Shown here: positions 55,349 through 64,000 of the stretch, piece after piece | How positions within the stretch are numbered: the first letter of the stretch is position 1 | Layout of the letters: each line of letters starts with the position of its first letter | From: an uncultured Candidatus Saccharibacteria bacterium | GTDB taxonomy: Bacteria > Patescibacteriota > Minisyncoccia > Phycocordibacterales > GCA-2401445 | Length of the DNA stretch: 64,000 nt | Direction of reading: 5' to 3' | NCBI GenBank assembly: GCA_964436015.1 | Contig: CAYTAR010000002.1 | Coordinates: forward strand, 73,521 to 137,520 | The notes under the pieces: model-generated | Database searches by the model: none | Seen by the model: the letters and a program-made list of their open reading frames with translations, nothing else | What the model was told of the DNA's origin: nothing | Program-made: the position numbers and the translations under genes

Positions 55349-56788
55349 ATGGAGAAAAAGCCTGTATATATTACTACTACACTTCCATATGTAAATGCAG
55401 ATCCACATATTGGATTTGCAATGGAGATTGTCCGTGCAGACGCGCTTGCTCGATACTTTAGACTATGCGGGCATGAGGTATTCTTTAATACGGGAACAGA
55501 TGAACACGGAACGAAGATTTATGAAAAGGCGAAAGAAGCGGGAGAAGATACGCAAGACTATGTAGACAGGTATGCAAGTCGTTTCAAGCAATTGAAAGAA
55601 ACTCTGCACCTCTCATATGACCGTTTTATTAGAACAACAGATACAGATCATGTTGCGTCTGCACAGGAATTTTGGAAGCGTGTTGAACAAAACGGATACA
55701 TCTATAAAAAATCATACACAGGTTTATACTGCGTGGGGTGCGAATTGTTTTTAACCGAGAAAGATATGGTGGATGGAAAGTGTCCGCATCATCCAGATCG
55801 TGCGCCAGTGTTACTGGAAGAAGAAAATTATTTTTTTAAGTTTAGCGCATTTCAGGACCGCTTACGTTCATACTATGAAGCAAATCCGAGGTTTGTAATT
55901 CCTGATTTCAGATTTAATGAAATAAAAGCGTTTTGCGATCGCGGGTTGGAAGACTTCAGTATTTCACGTTCTCGCGCGAGAATGCCGTGGGGAGTTCCGG
56001 TCCCTGGCGATGATACTCAAGTAATGTATGTGTGGTTTGATGCACTGGTGAACTATATTTCTACATTAGGATGGCCAAAGGACGCTTTGGGGAATTACAA
56101 AAAATTCTGGGAAGAAGGCATAACGATACAGTATGCTGGGAAAGATAATCTCCGTCAGCAGTCGGCAATGTGGCAAGCGATGTTGCTTTCAGCAGAAATT
56201 TCACCAACGGCGCACATTATTATCAACGGCTTTATTACCGGCGAGGATGGTAGGAAGATGAGCAAGTCGCTCGGGAATGTAATTAACCCGTTTGATATCG
56301 TGTCAGAATTTGGAGTTGATGCGCTTCGCTCTTTTTTGCTTCTTGAACTTTCTTCATTTGAGGACAGTGGTTTTTCTCTTGAACGGTTTAAAACTGCCTA
56401 CAATGCGAACCTTGCGAATGGTATTGGAAATCTTGCTTCCCGTATCATGAAGCTCGTGGAGAAGTATGGAGTAGTGGTGTCTGGAGAGAAGAATGATTTT
56501 CCTTCAGATTATAGAGAGAATTTTGAGAACTATAACATACAACGTGTGGCGCAAATTGTATGGCACTATATTGGAGTGTTGGACAAATATATTCAGGAAA
56601 CAGAGCCGTTTAAGGTGGTTAAGGTTGATGAGGAGAAGGGGAAAGAGCTCATATTGGGCATGGTAATGAGGTTGCGTGATATTGCGTACATGCTTGAACC
56701 ACTTCTACCGGAAGCGAGTAAGAAAATTATTCTCCATATCACCGAAGGTCGTTCTTTTTCTGAACCGTTGTTTCCTCGAAAAGACTAG
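55349..56788 (+). CDS. metG: Methionyl-tRNA synthetase (core enzyme)
   Basis: PYVNADPHIGFAME (HIGH-type), KMSKSLGNVI (KMSKS), and a Zn-knuckle CVGCE...CPHH. Confidence 0.85.
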   Translation: MEKKPVYITTTLPYVNADPHIGFAMEIVRADALARYFRLCGHEVFFNTGTDEHGTKIYEKAKEAGEDTQDYVDRYASRFKQLKETLHLSYDRFIRTTDTDHVASAQEFWKRVEQNGYIYKKSYTGLYCVGCELFLTEKDMVDGKCPHHPDRAPVLLEEENYFFKFSAFQDRLRSYYEANPRFVIPDFRFNEIKAFCDRGLEDFSISRSRARMPWGVPVPGDDTQVMYVWFDALVNYISTLGWPKDALGNYKKFWEEGITIQYAGKDNLRQQSAMWQAMLLSAEISPTAHIIINGFITGEDGRKMSKSLGNVINPFDIVSEFGVDALRSFLLLELSSFEDSGFSLERFKTAYNANLANGIGNLASRIMKLVEKYGVVVSGEKNDFPSDYRENFENYNIQRVAQIVWHYIGVLDKYIQETEPFKVVKVDEEKGKELILGMVMRLRDIAYMLEPLLPEASKKIILHITEGRSFSEPLFPRKD

Positions 56789-56789
56789 T

Positions 56790-57620
56790 ATGCGCTACAT
56801 TGATGTTCATGCACATTTGAATTTTGCAGCTTATGATGCTGACAGGGACGCTGTGGTTGAGCGTATGAATAAAGAGGAGGTTGCGGTTATTAATGTGGGA
56901 ACGCAAAAAGATACTTCTCTTATGGCGGTTACGCTTGCGGAGAAGTACGAATCTATGTACGCAATTGTTGGCTTGCATCCAATACACACAGAAGCGAGTT
57001 TTCATGACGCGCATGAACTGGGAGAAGGAAACACCGAGTTTACATCACGCGGAGAGGTATTTGATTACGAGTATTACAAATCACTTGCGCAACACCCACA
57101 GGTTGTGGGGATTGGTGAGTGTGGACTCGATTACTTTAGGTTAGGAGACGGCACACTTTCAGTTCAGGGAGAGAATTTTGATGCGCAACTCATGCTTGCA
57201 AAAGAAGTAAAAAAACCGGTGATGTTGCACACTCGGCCGTCTAAGGGCGAAGGGAGGAGAGTATACAGTGATGTGCGAGAGCATCTACAGCGATATCCTG
57301 ACGTAACAGGAAACCTTCATTTTTTTGCAGGAACGTGGGAAGAGGCTAAATGGTTTTTGAATATGAACTATACCTTGTCGTTTACAGGTGTCATTACGTT
57401 TACCAAAGACTATCACGAGGTGATTTTGAATACCCCGCTTGAATATTTACTGTCTGAAACTGACAGTCCATATGTAACTCCTACTCCATATCGAGGTTCG
57501 CGAAATGAGCCTACTTTTGTGGTTGAAGTGGTAAAGAAAATTGCCGAAATCAAGCAACTTCCATTTGAAGAGGTACGAGAACAGATGCTTGTTAATGCTC
57601 GTCGGGTGTTCTCACTTTGA
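56790..57620 (+). CDS. TatD-family metal-dependent deoxyribonuclease
   Basis: MRYIDVHAHL at the N-terminus and the GECGLDY motif. ATG at 56790 sits 1 nt after the metG stop. The track ORF start at 56676 overlaps metG. Confidence 0.8.
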   Translation: MRYIDVHAHLNFAAYDADRDAVVERMNKEEVAVINVGTQKDTSLMAVTLAEKYESMYAIVGLHPIHTEASFHDAHELGEGNTEFTSRGEVFDYEYYKSLAQHPQVVGIGECGLDYFRLGDGTLSVQGENFDAQLMLAKEVKKPVMLHTRPSKGEGRRVYSDVREHLQRYPDVTGNLHFFAGTWEEAKWFLNMNYTLSFTGVITFTKDYHEVILNTPLEYLLSETDSPYVTPTPYRGSRNEPTFVVEVVKKIAEIKQLPFEEVREQMLVNARRVFSL

Positions 57621-57769
57621 TGGGTTTTCTCTAAGGTTCGTATAGATAGTGCGTATAGCGCCCCACTTGCCCAAAGAAGCCATTATGTGGTACTCTAGCG
57701 GGACGTTGCTACTAGTCGGGTAGTCGCGTATTTCCAAGGATTTTTGGAAAAGTAAATTAACAACACATT

Positions 57770-58288
57770 ATGACAGAAAAAATGCATGATGATATGCCGG
57801 AGAGCAAAGTATACGAAATAGGATACTGGCTTTCTCCGCTCATTGCCGAGGAACGTGTCGGGCAGCATGTCACTGAGATTAAGGATATGTTGGATACCGC
57901 AGGGGCACAGGTTATTGGAGAAGAATTTCCCCAAGATCGTGCGCTTGCATACCCGATTACCCACTCAGTGGAACACAAGAATACCGTGTTCTCAAAGGGT
58001 TACTTTGGATGGATTAAGTTTGAACTTACTCCGGACAAGGTTAAAGAAGCTGAAAACTTCTTGAAGAACAATGTGCTTATATTCAGGTACATTCTCATTC
58101 GTACCGTAAAAGAGAATACCATGTCTCAACGACGGGTAACCGAAGTAAAGAAGGGAGATCCGGTAGGTGAGAAAGCTCCTCAATCAAGCGCGGAGGGAGA
58201 TTTACTTGCGAAAAGCAAGAAAGTTGATAAAGATCCGTTGTCAGAGGAGGACTTGGACAAGACCATTGATGATCTTGTTATTGAGTAG
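57770..58288 (+). CDS. rpsF: 30S ribosomal protein S6 with N- and C-terminal extensions
   Basis: The S6-like core is YEIGYWLSP...DRALAYPI. It lies in the conserved rpsF-ssb-rpsR order. Confidence 0.6.
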   Translation: MTEKMHDDMPESKVYEIGYWLSPLIAEERVGQHVTEIKDMLDTAGAQVIGEEFPQDRALAYPITHSVEHKNTVFSKGYFGWIKFELTPDKVKEAENFLKNNVLIFRYILIRTVKENTMSQRRVTEVKKGDPVGEKAPQSSAEGDLLAKSKKVDKDPLSEEDLDKTIDDLVIE

Positions 58289-58333
58289 TACTATACACTA
58301 TAAGGCTACTTATTCATTAACCGAAAAAACGGT

Positions 58334-58795
58334 ATGTATCTCAATAAAGCATTCGTATACGGCAATTTAACTCGTGATCCGGAGATGCGGGCACTTCCAT
58401 CAGGAATTCAGGTTGCAAGCTTCTCAGTCGCAACCAATCGCGTTTGGAAAGATAAAAATGGAGCTCGCCAGGAGTCAGTTGATTACCACAACATTGTGGT
58501 GTTCGGACGACAAGCGGAAACCGCTTCAAAATATCTTCGCAAAGGAAGCGGGGTATTTGTTGAAGGGAGAATGCAGACACGAAGTTGGGACGCTGAGGGA
58601 GGGAAGAAGTATCGGACTGAAATTGTCGCAGACCGCGTACAGTTTGGTCCACGAGGCGGAGACGCTTCGTCTCCTACTTCATCGTCTTCCTCTACTTCAA
58701 AGAAGCAGGCGACTGCTAAGGACTCAAAGGAAGAGCCAATGGATGCAATTGAATATCCGGAAGAAGATATTAATCCGGATGATATACCGTTTTAA
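58334..58795 (+). CDS. ssb: Single-stranded DNA-binding protein
   Basis: An OB-fold pattern and the acidic C-terminal tail ending DDIPF. Confidence 0.85.
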   Translation: MYLNKAFVYGNLTRDPEMRALPSGIQVASFSVATNRVWKDKNGARQESVDYHNIVVFGRQAETASKYLRKGSGVFVEGRMQTRSWDAEGGKKYRTEIVADRVQFGPRGGDASSPTSSSSSTSKKQATAKDSKEEPMDAIEYPEEDINPDDIPF

Positions 58796-58806
58796 CCACA
58801 TACAAT

Positions 58807-59007
58807 ATGGCACAGTGCTATTTTACTCAAAATGGAATAAAGCATATTGATTACAAGGACCTTGAGCTTTTAAAGAAGTTCATTAATCCTCACTCAAGAA
58901 TGCAATCAAGAAAGCGAACTGGCGTTAGTGCGAAAAATCAACGCAAGCTCGCTCTTGCGATAAAACGAGCACGATACATGGGATTACTCCCGTACGTAAC
59001 TCGTTAA
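58807..59007 (+). CDS. rpsR: 30S ribosomal protein S18
   Basis: [12 protein letters not shown]...[30 protein letters not shown]. Confidence 0.85.
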   Translation: MAQCYFTQNGIKHIDYKDLELLKKFINPHSRMQSRKRTGVSAKNQRKLALAIKRARYMGLLPYVTR

Positions 59008-59040
59008 ACAAAAAAGCGCCCGGAAGGGCGCTTTTTTGTT
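59008..59040 (+). terminator. Rho-independent terminator
   Basis: aagcgccc-ggaa-gggcgctt followed by T6. Confidence 0.7.
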
Positions 59041-59088
59041 GACACTCAAATTAAGAAACAGTATGTTTATACAAGAACCGAACATTAT

Positions 59089-59355
59089 ATGAATACTAAT
59101 CTCGTTATTGTCGGAACAGTCCTTTTTGTTTTGGGGTGCGTGTGTGCTATTGGGTGTGTATTTGCACTCACCATACTCCCGCGGTTAATGAAGAGATGTT
59201 CCCATGGTATGGAGCAAGAAATCCTCAAGAACTTTGGCTCGCTTGATAGCTTCATGTTTGCTCAAGCGCTACTGATGCTTGTAGGACTGATTATCTCTTG
59301 GGGGTTTGGGTTTATAATAGCTCTTGCCGTCATGTGGATGCATCTGCTTCGGTAG
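59089..59355 (+). CDS. Hypothetical small two-TM membrane protein
   Basis: Two hydrophobic helices and nothing else. Confidence 0.3.
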   Translation: MNTNLVIVGTVLFVLGCVCAIGCVFALTILPRLMKRCSHGMEQEILKNFGSLDSFMFAQALLMLVGLIISWGFGFIIALAVMWMHLLR

Positions 59356-59364
59356 GTGAATGCT

Positions 59365-59400
59365 AAAACAGCAGGACTTGCGTCCTGCTGTTTTTTTATT
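59365..59400. terminator. Bidirectional rho-independent terminator
   Basis: cagcaggac-ttgc-gtcctgctg followed by T7. It lies between convergent genes; efp ends at 59402. Confidence 0.7.
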
Positions 59401-59401
59401 A

Positions 59402-59974
59402 TTACTTTTGTACTCGCTCTACGTATTCGCCGGTTGCAGTACTTATTCGGAGCACCTCTCCTTCATTAATAAACATAGGTACAGTTACGGTTGCGCCTGT
59501 TTCAAGCGTTACGAGCTTGTTTCCGCCTTGAGCAGTACTACCTTTTACATTCGGTGGAGCTTCGGTTACTTTCAGGTCTACTTTCGGAGGAAGTTCAATA
59601 CCAATGACTTTTTCATCAAAGAGAAGTGCGTTCACGAGCGCGTTAGGGAGTAAGTACAGTTTCGCATTTCCAAGTATTGCATCATCAAGTTTGAATCGAT
59701 TTCCAGGGTTGTTTGATTCGCAGAACCACCATTCATTTTTATTGTTGTAGAGGTATTTGATTTCTTTAGTATCAATTTCTGCTTCGTGTACTTTCTCTGA
59801 TACATGGAAAGAATATTCCATCACACGACCATTAAGGAGGCTTTTGAGCTTAGTTGCATTTACTGGTTTACGCTGTTGTTTTCTGAATACATGGCTCGTG
59901 AGCACTTCAAAAGGCTCATTATTCATAATAATGTATTTTCGCTCTCGGATTTCATTGTATTCAAGCATTGCCAT
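59402..59974 (-). CDS. efp: Elongation factor P
   Basis: 190 aa with a three-domain EF-P pattern (KPVNATKLKSLLNGRVME...). Confidence 0.8.
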   Translation of the reverse strand: MAMLEYNEIRERKYIIMNNEPFEVLTSHVFRKQQRKPVNATKLKSLLNGRVMEYSFHVSEKVHEAEIDTKEIKYLYNNKNEWWFCESNNPGNRFKLDDAILGNAKLYLLPNALVNALLFDEKVIGIELPPKVDLKVTEAPPNVKGSTAQGGNKLVTLETGATVTVPMFINEGEVLRISTATGEYVERVQK

Positions 59975-60091
59975 AATAAGTGTAAGCTCAGGTGTATTAA
60001 CGACTAATAATACAAGAGTCTATCCTAGCATACATAAAATGTCCACTCAGACAGAGATTATTAATGGGTAAAGAGAAGAAATAGAAAGGAG

Positions 60092-61129
60092 TTATACGCG
60101 TTGTGATTGTGCAAGTTTTTCCTCTTTCAATTTAGCTCGAATTTCTTTTAGAATTGCATCAGCTATTTTTTTCTCTGATTTGAGTATTTGGCGAGTTGCA
60201 TCATACCCTCGTCCAAGTTTTGTCTCCCCATATGAGTAGGAAGAACCGCTTTTCTGGATAATCCCGTACTTTTCTCCGAGTGCAATAAGTTCTCCTTCAT
60301 GTGAGATACCCTCGTTGTACATAAGGTCAAACTCTGTGGTTCTAAATGGAGCAGCTACTTTATTTTTCACCACCTTCGCGCGAACGCGTCCGCCCATAAC
60401 TTCTTCGCCTTTTTTAATCTGCGCAATTCTTCTAATATCTATACGTACTGAGGTGTAAAATTTAAGTGCTTTTCCGCCTGGGGTAGTTTCAGGATTTCCG
60501 AACATAACTCCGATTTGCATACGGATCTGGTTGATGAAGATGACAATTGTTTTTGACTTTGCGACGATACTGGTTAGTTTACGAAGCGCCTGACTCATGA
60601 GACGGGCCTGTTTTCCTACGTGGTGTGCGCCCATTTCTCCCTCTATCTCGTCCTTTGGAGTAAGTGCTGCGACTGAGTCAATCACAATAACATCAATTTT
60701 TCCAGACCGCACCAAGCTTTCTGTAATTTCAAGCGCTTGTTCTCCGGTATCTGGTTGTGAAATAAGTAATTCATCAATTTTTACCCCCAAACGTCCTGCG
60801 TATTCAGGATCCATGGCATGTTCAGCATCAATAAAAGCACAGATACCACTCTTTTTTTGTGCTTCAGCAATAACATGAAGCGAGAGGGTTGTTTTTCCTG
60901 AAGATTCAGGACCAAATATCTCAATAATACGTCCTCGGGGAAGTCCTCCTACGCCGAGTGCGTCGTCCAGTCCAATGGAGCCAGTTGAGATAGCGTCCAC
61001 ATCTACGTGTGGTTTGCTCCCAAGTGTCATGATCGCCTCATCTCCAAACTTAGTTTTTATTTGTGCGATAGTCGCGTCAATATTTGGACGTTCAGTTTGT
61101 TCAGTTTCTTTTGTATTTTTTTTCGCCAT
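60092..61129 (-). CDS. recA: Recombinase RecA
   Basis: Walker [10 protein letters not shown], and L1/L2 loop regions typical of RecA. Confidence 0.9.
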   Translation of the reverse strand: MAKKNTKETEQTERPNIDATIAQIKTKFGDEAIMTLGSKPHVDVDAISTGSIGLDDALGVGGLPRGRIIEIFGPESSGKTTLSLHVIAEAQKKSGICAFIDAEHAMDPEYAGRLGVKIDELLISQPDTGEQALEITESLVRSGKIDVIVIDSVAALTPKDEIEGEMGAHHVGKQARLMSQALRKLTSIVAKSKTIVIFINQIRMQIGVMFGNPETTPGGKALKFYTSVRIDIRRIAQIKKGEEVMGGRVRAKVVKNKVAAPFRTTEFDLMYNEGISHEGELIALGEKYGIIQKSGSSYSYGETKLGRGYDATRQILKSEKKIADAILKEIRAKLKEEKLAQSQRV

Positions 61130-61132
61130 AAC

Positions 61133-61483
61133 TTACGGAATGCGTACTAATTGTAATGTTTGAGAAACGGATCGATTAAACCGGTCTCGTGCTGTCACCT
61201 CAATTATAGTATAGCCCAGGGGGAGGAGCAATTTTTCGCTAAAATTACCTTCTTCGTCAATAAATATCTCTCTGTCGTTAAAGGTGAGAGTGTTAATACG
61301 CTTACTTACGCCGGTAACCGTTACAGAGGTGGTTGCAATAGTCGCATTGTTCTGTGGTGTATGAATGAGTAGTAGCGGTCCTGCAATAAGGGGCCGTGCT
61401 TGATAGTATGAATAGGCACCAATTGCGATGAGAGCGATAAAAATGAAAGCTCTCTTTATGTAGGTGATAATATCAGTTTCCAT
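61133..61483 (-). CDS. Hypothetical small membrane-anchored protein
   Basis: Start METDIITYIK at 61483 is translationally coupled to the ftsK stop. One TM segment and then a beta-rich domain. Confidence 0.35.
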   Translation of the reverse strand: METDIITYIKRAFIFIALIAIGAYSYYQARPLIAGPLLLIHTPQNNATIATTSVTVTGVSKRINTLTFNDREIFIDEEGNFSEKLLLPLGYTIIEVTARDRFNRSVSQTLQLVRIP

Positions 61484-61484
61484 A

Positions 61485-63875
61485 CTACTTTTCTTCAGAA
61501 CCGGCTTGTTCTTCCAAAGAAGGGGTTTCTTCGGCTTCCTGTTCAGTGTCTCCCTCACGCATGTATACTTCCCGTGCCTTTGAGCCGTTTTTAGGACCAA
61601 TAACCCCACGTTCCTCAAGCATGTCTACTAGTTTTGCTGCACGTGAGTACCCAACTCCCAGTTTGCGTTGGATAAATGAGGTGGAGGCTTGGCCGGTGCG
61701 TAGTACCAACTCATACGCATCATCATACGCCGAATCTTCAGATGAATCAGAGTCATCAAGACTGCCACTGCTGAACGTGAGGTTTTTATCCTTTACTTCG
61801 GAGAGGTCAATTTGGTAGTTGAGTTCATCAGCGTATGAATCTTTTAAGTATTTAACGACCGCCTTAACCTCTGTTTCTGAAATAAATGATGCTTGTATAC
61901 GTTGAGGTTTAGACATTTCTCCCGAAATATAGAGCATATCTCCTGACCCAAGGAGTTTTTCTGCACCGGCACTATCAAGGATTGTTCGAGAATCTATCTG
62001 TGAAGCTACTTGGAGAGCGATACGGGCTGGTACGTTTGCTTTAATAAGGCCGGTGATAACGTTGACTGAAGGGCGCTGAGTGGAGAGAATGAGGTGGATA
62101 CCGACCGCACGACTCATTTGCGCAAGACGTACAATACCTGCTTCAAGTTCTCTTGGATACATTTGCATAATATCTGCAAGCTCGTCAATGATAAATACAA
62201 TGTATGGCATCATATCAGGAGGAACCGGTTCAGTAGTTTTTTCCTTTTGAGCATCAGTGAGTCCGTCAAATCTCGCTTTTTCCTTTTTGTATTCTTCTAG
62301 AAGCGGGTTTCTAACATTTTCGTGATACGAATCAATATCTCGCACCTGTTCTGCTTCCAGAACATCATACCGGCGAGTCATCTCATTAATTGCCCATTTG
62401 AGTGCTTGTATACAGAGCTTTGGGTCAGTGATAACTGGGGTACAGAGATGAGGGATTTTGTTGTACATGGTGAGCTCTACTCGTTTTGGGTCAACCATGA
62501 TGAATTTCATTGTCTCGGGAGAGTTTCTATAGAGAAGTGAAATGAGTAGGTTATGGATGGTAACGGACTTTCCAGAACCAGTTGCTCCTGCAACGAGCAG
62601 GTGGGGCATTTTTGCAAGGTTTGCAAAGTGAGGGGTACCTGAGATTCCTTTTCCGAGAGATACCAAGAGTTGTTTTGGAGATTTTTGGAATTCTTCACTT
62701 TCAAGCAGGGTTCCAAGCCCTACTTTGGTCTTGGTGCTATTTGGTATTTCAATACCCACGAGCGACTTGCCTGGAATCGGTGCTTCTATACGTATCGGGT
62801 GGGCCGCGAGAGATAGCGCGAGATCATTCTGAAGACCGACAATTCGGGAGAGTTTTACACCCTCCGCTGGCTTGAGTGAGAAGCGTGTTACAGAAGGTCC
62901 GATATTTATTTCATCCATCTCTACATTGATACCGAAGTTCTGTAGCGTCCTTTTGATAATATTTGAACTTGCCTTCACATCTCCTGAATCAGGCTTTCCT
63001 TTGTCGTGAGCAAGGAGGGAGAGGGGAGGGGTTGCATATGGTCGTCCGACGTAAGATTCATGAGGCGACATAATGAGCGCGTCATCTGCTACAGGTGCGG
63101 ACTTCCTTCGTTTACTCTGCACCTCTTTTTCTTCCTCTACCTCTTCGTCTTCCTCTTCAATCTCTTCGTCCTCTTCTGCTAGGGGAACTTCGTCTACTTC
63201 TGGTTCCTCAGTAGCACTTTCAGTGTCAGGGACAATACCAGTAATGACAGGCTCAGCATCAGGTGTGTCTTTTGAAGCAAACATTCGTTTCCAGAAAAAG
63301 AGTCTATCAAAGTGAAGCTCTGAATTGAGGGTAATTAAAATTGAAATAAAAAGAAGTGCGATGAGAGAGAGTGTGCTCGGGATATCTCCAAAGAGTGAGA
63401 CAAGAGGTTTTTCAATCAACTCCCCAACGAATCCTGCACCATTGTTTGTTGCGCGCGCTACAAGACCAAGTGATGTGAGGAAGAATAAAATAATACCCAC
63501 AAAGCGAGATGTCGGTAGTTTTGTATGGAGTGCTCTGAAGTAGGCGATTGAGAAAAATAGAGCAGTAGAAGGAAGGAGGTAGTAACCGATACCGAGGAGT
63601 GCGGTAAACCATTCAAATGTTTTCGCTCCTACAACTCCGGCGATATTGAGCGGGGCAAGAAAAAGAATTATCGCAAGTAAAAGAAAAAGTGTTGCATACA
63701 CCATGTGGCGAGTACCCTCTGTTAATTCACTAAAAAACGATACACGAGGTTCTTCTTTTTTCTTGCGTCCCATAGGCACAATTGTAACATGCGAGAGGGG
63801 ATTGCGTGTAGAAAAGAGATAGTGTTTTTTGAGGTGCATATTCAAAAACAGTAAGAGAAAAAGAATACGTATCAA
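61485..63875 (-). CDS. ftsK: DNA translocase FtsK/SpoIIIE
   Basis: N-terminal TM helices, an acidic linker, Walker A AGATGSGKS, and a C-terminal gamma winged-helix domain (LGVGYSRAAKLVDMLE). The start is uncertain, at 63875, 63839 or 63785. Confidence 0.85.
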   Translation of the reverse strand: MIRILFLLLFLNMHLKKHYLFSTRNPLSHVTIVPMGRKKKEEPRVSFFSELTEGTRHMVYATLFLLLAIILFLAPLNIAGVVGAKTFEWFTALLGIGYYLLPSTALFFSIAYFRALHTKLPTSRFVGIILFFLTSLGLVARATNNGAGFVGELIEKPLVSLFGDIPSTLSLIALLFISILITLNSELHFDRLFFWKRMFASKDTPDAEPVITGIVPDTESATEEPEVDEVPLAEEDEEIEEEDEEVEEEKEVQSKRRKSAPVADDALIMSPHESYVGRPYATPPLSLLAHDKGKPDSGDVKASSNIIKRTLQNFGINVEMDEINIGPSVTRFSLKPAEGVKLSRIVGLQNDLALSLAAHPIRIEAPIPGKSLVGIEIPNSTKTKVGLGTLLESEEFQKSPKQLLVSLGKGISGTPHFANLAKMPHLLVAGATGSGKSVTIHNLLISLLYRNSPETMKFIMVDPKRVELTMYNKIPHLCTPVITDPKLCIQALKWAINEMTRRYDVLEAEQVRDIDSYHENVRNPLLEEYKKEKARFDGLTDAQKEKTTEPVPPDMMPYIVFIIDELADIMQMYPRELEAGIVRLAQMSRAVGIHLILSTQRPSVNVITGLIKANVPARIALQVASQIDSRTILDSAGAEKLLGSGDMLYISGEMSKPQRIQASFISETEVKAVVKYLKDSYADELNYQIDLSEVKDKNLTFSSGSLDDSDSSEDSAYDDAYELVLRTGQASTSFIQRKLGVGYSRAAKLVDMLEERGVIGPKNGSKAREVYMREGDTEQEAEETPSLEEQAGSEEK

Positions 63876-64000
63876 CTGTGTAAAACAAAGACAAACCTTT
63901 GACTTTTAGGTAAGTCCTAGATAGACTGTGTCTGTGAGTCAATCTATATAAAAGACAAGTAAAAGACGGGTGTTCTTGTCCAATACTAAGTTCAAAGTCA

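Noticed and set aside
56676-56789. Upstream extension of the tatD ORF overlapping metG
   Set aside because: The TatD N-terminus conventionally begins MxxIDxHxHL. ATG 56790 lies 1 nt after the metG stop, and the extension has no homology.
57621-57769. 150-nt leader upstream of rpsF with small inverted repeats, considered as a structured regulatory RNA
   Set aside because: Only short, imperfect hairpins are visible. I cannot support a specific fold or known leader family by eye.
1-64000. Search for tRNA, rRNA, tmRNA, CRISPR arrays, IS elements/transposases, integrases
   Set aside because: No intergenic segment shows a tRNA T-loop/acceptor pattern or rRNA-like conservation. Beyond the DGR VR/TR, the FGE-gene repeat and the heptamer microsatellite, there are no direct-repeat arrays. 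No transposase or integrase motifs are seen in any ORF.

Overview
This 64-kb window has the look of a Candidate Phyla Radiation (Patescibacteria/Parcubacteria-like) genome. It is AT-rich, compact, almost all on the + strand, with many tRNA-synthetase and information-processing genes and very large extracellular proteins. I found no rRNA, tRNA or CRISPR array.

- 1-31 kb: a cell-surface island.
  - Two tandem FGE-sulfatase (SUMF1/DUF323) domain genes. They share a perfect 390-bp repeat followed by a ~51-nt hypervariable patch.
  - Two secreted proteins that end in canonical type-I dockerin modules.
  - Three membrane-anchored paralogs with cohesin-like N-terminal domains.
  - A 4851-aa giant surface protein with internal duplications, phage tail-collar-like THTHT repeats, FN3-like domains and a DUF2341/LamG-like module.
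  - An FN3-repeat protein, a MacB-like ABC ATPase plus FtsX permease, and an Hsp20.
- 31-34 kb: lexA with a GAAC-N4-GTTC operator, followed by a Y-family polymerase, a VKOR-like protein and a SIMPL protein.
- 35-42 kb: secE-nusG-rplK with no rplA, then a thymidylate cluster (folA, dCMP deaminase, MazG-like, thyA, tmk, dut) and argS.
- 42.7-45.5 kb: a complete diversity-generating retroelement.
  - It has a consensus sigma70 promoter, a target gene, and a VR/TR pair of 120 bp each.
  - All 27 VR/TR mismatches fall on TR adenines.
  - An Avd-like gene lies on the opposite strand, followed by the reverse transcriptase.
- 45.5-64 kb: ileS carrying an in-frame ~200-aa histidine-phosphatase (PGAM-like) domain inserted at the zinc-knuckle position. 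After it come a RecO-like gene, glyQS, an M16 peptidase, an AI-2E transporter, metG, tatD, rpsF-ssb-rpsR, efp, recA and ftsK.

Most interesting, in order: the DGR with a non-canonical, apparently cytoplasmic target; the cohesin-dockerin surface system around the giant protein; and the IleRS domain insertion.
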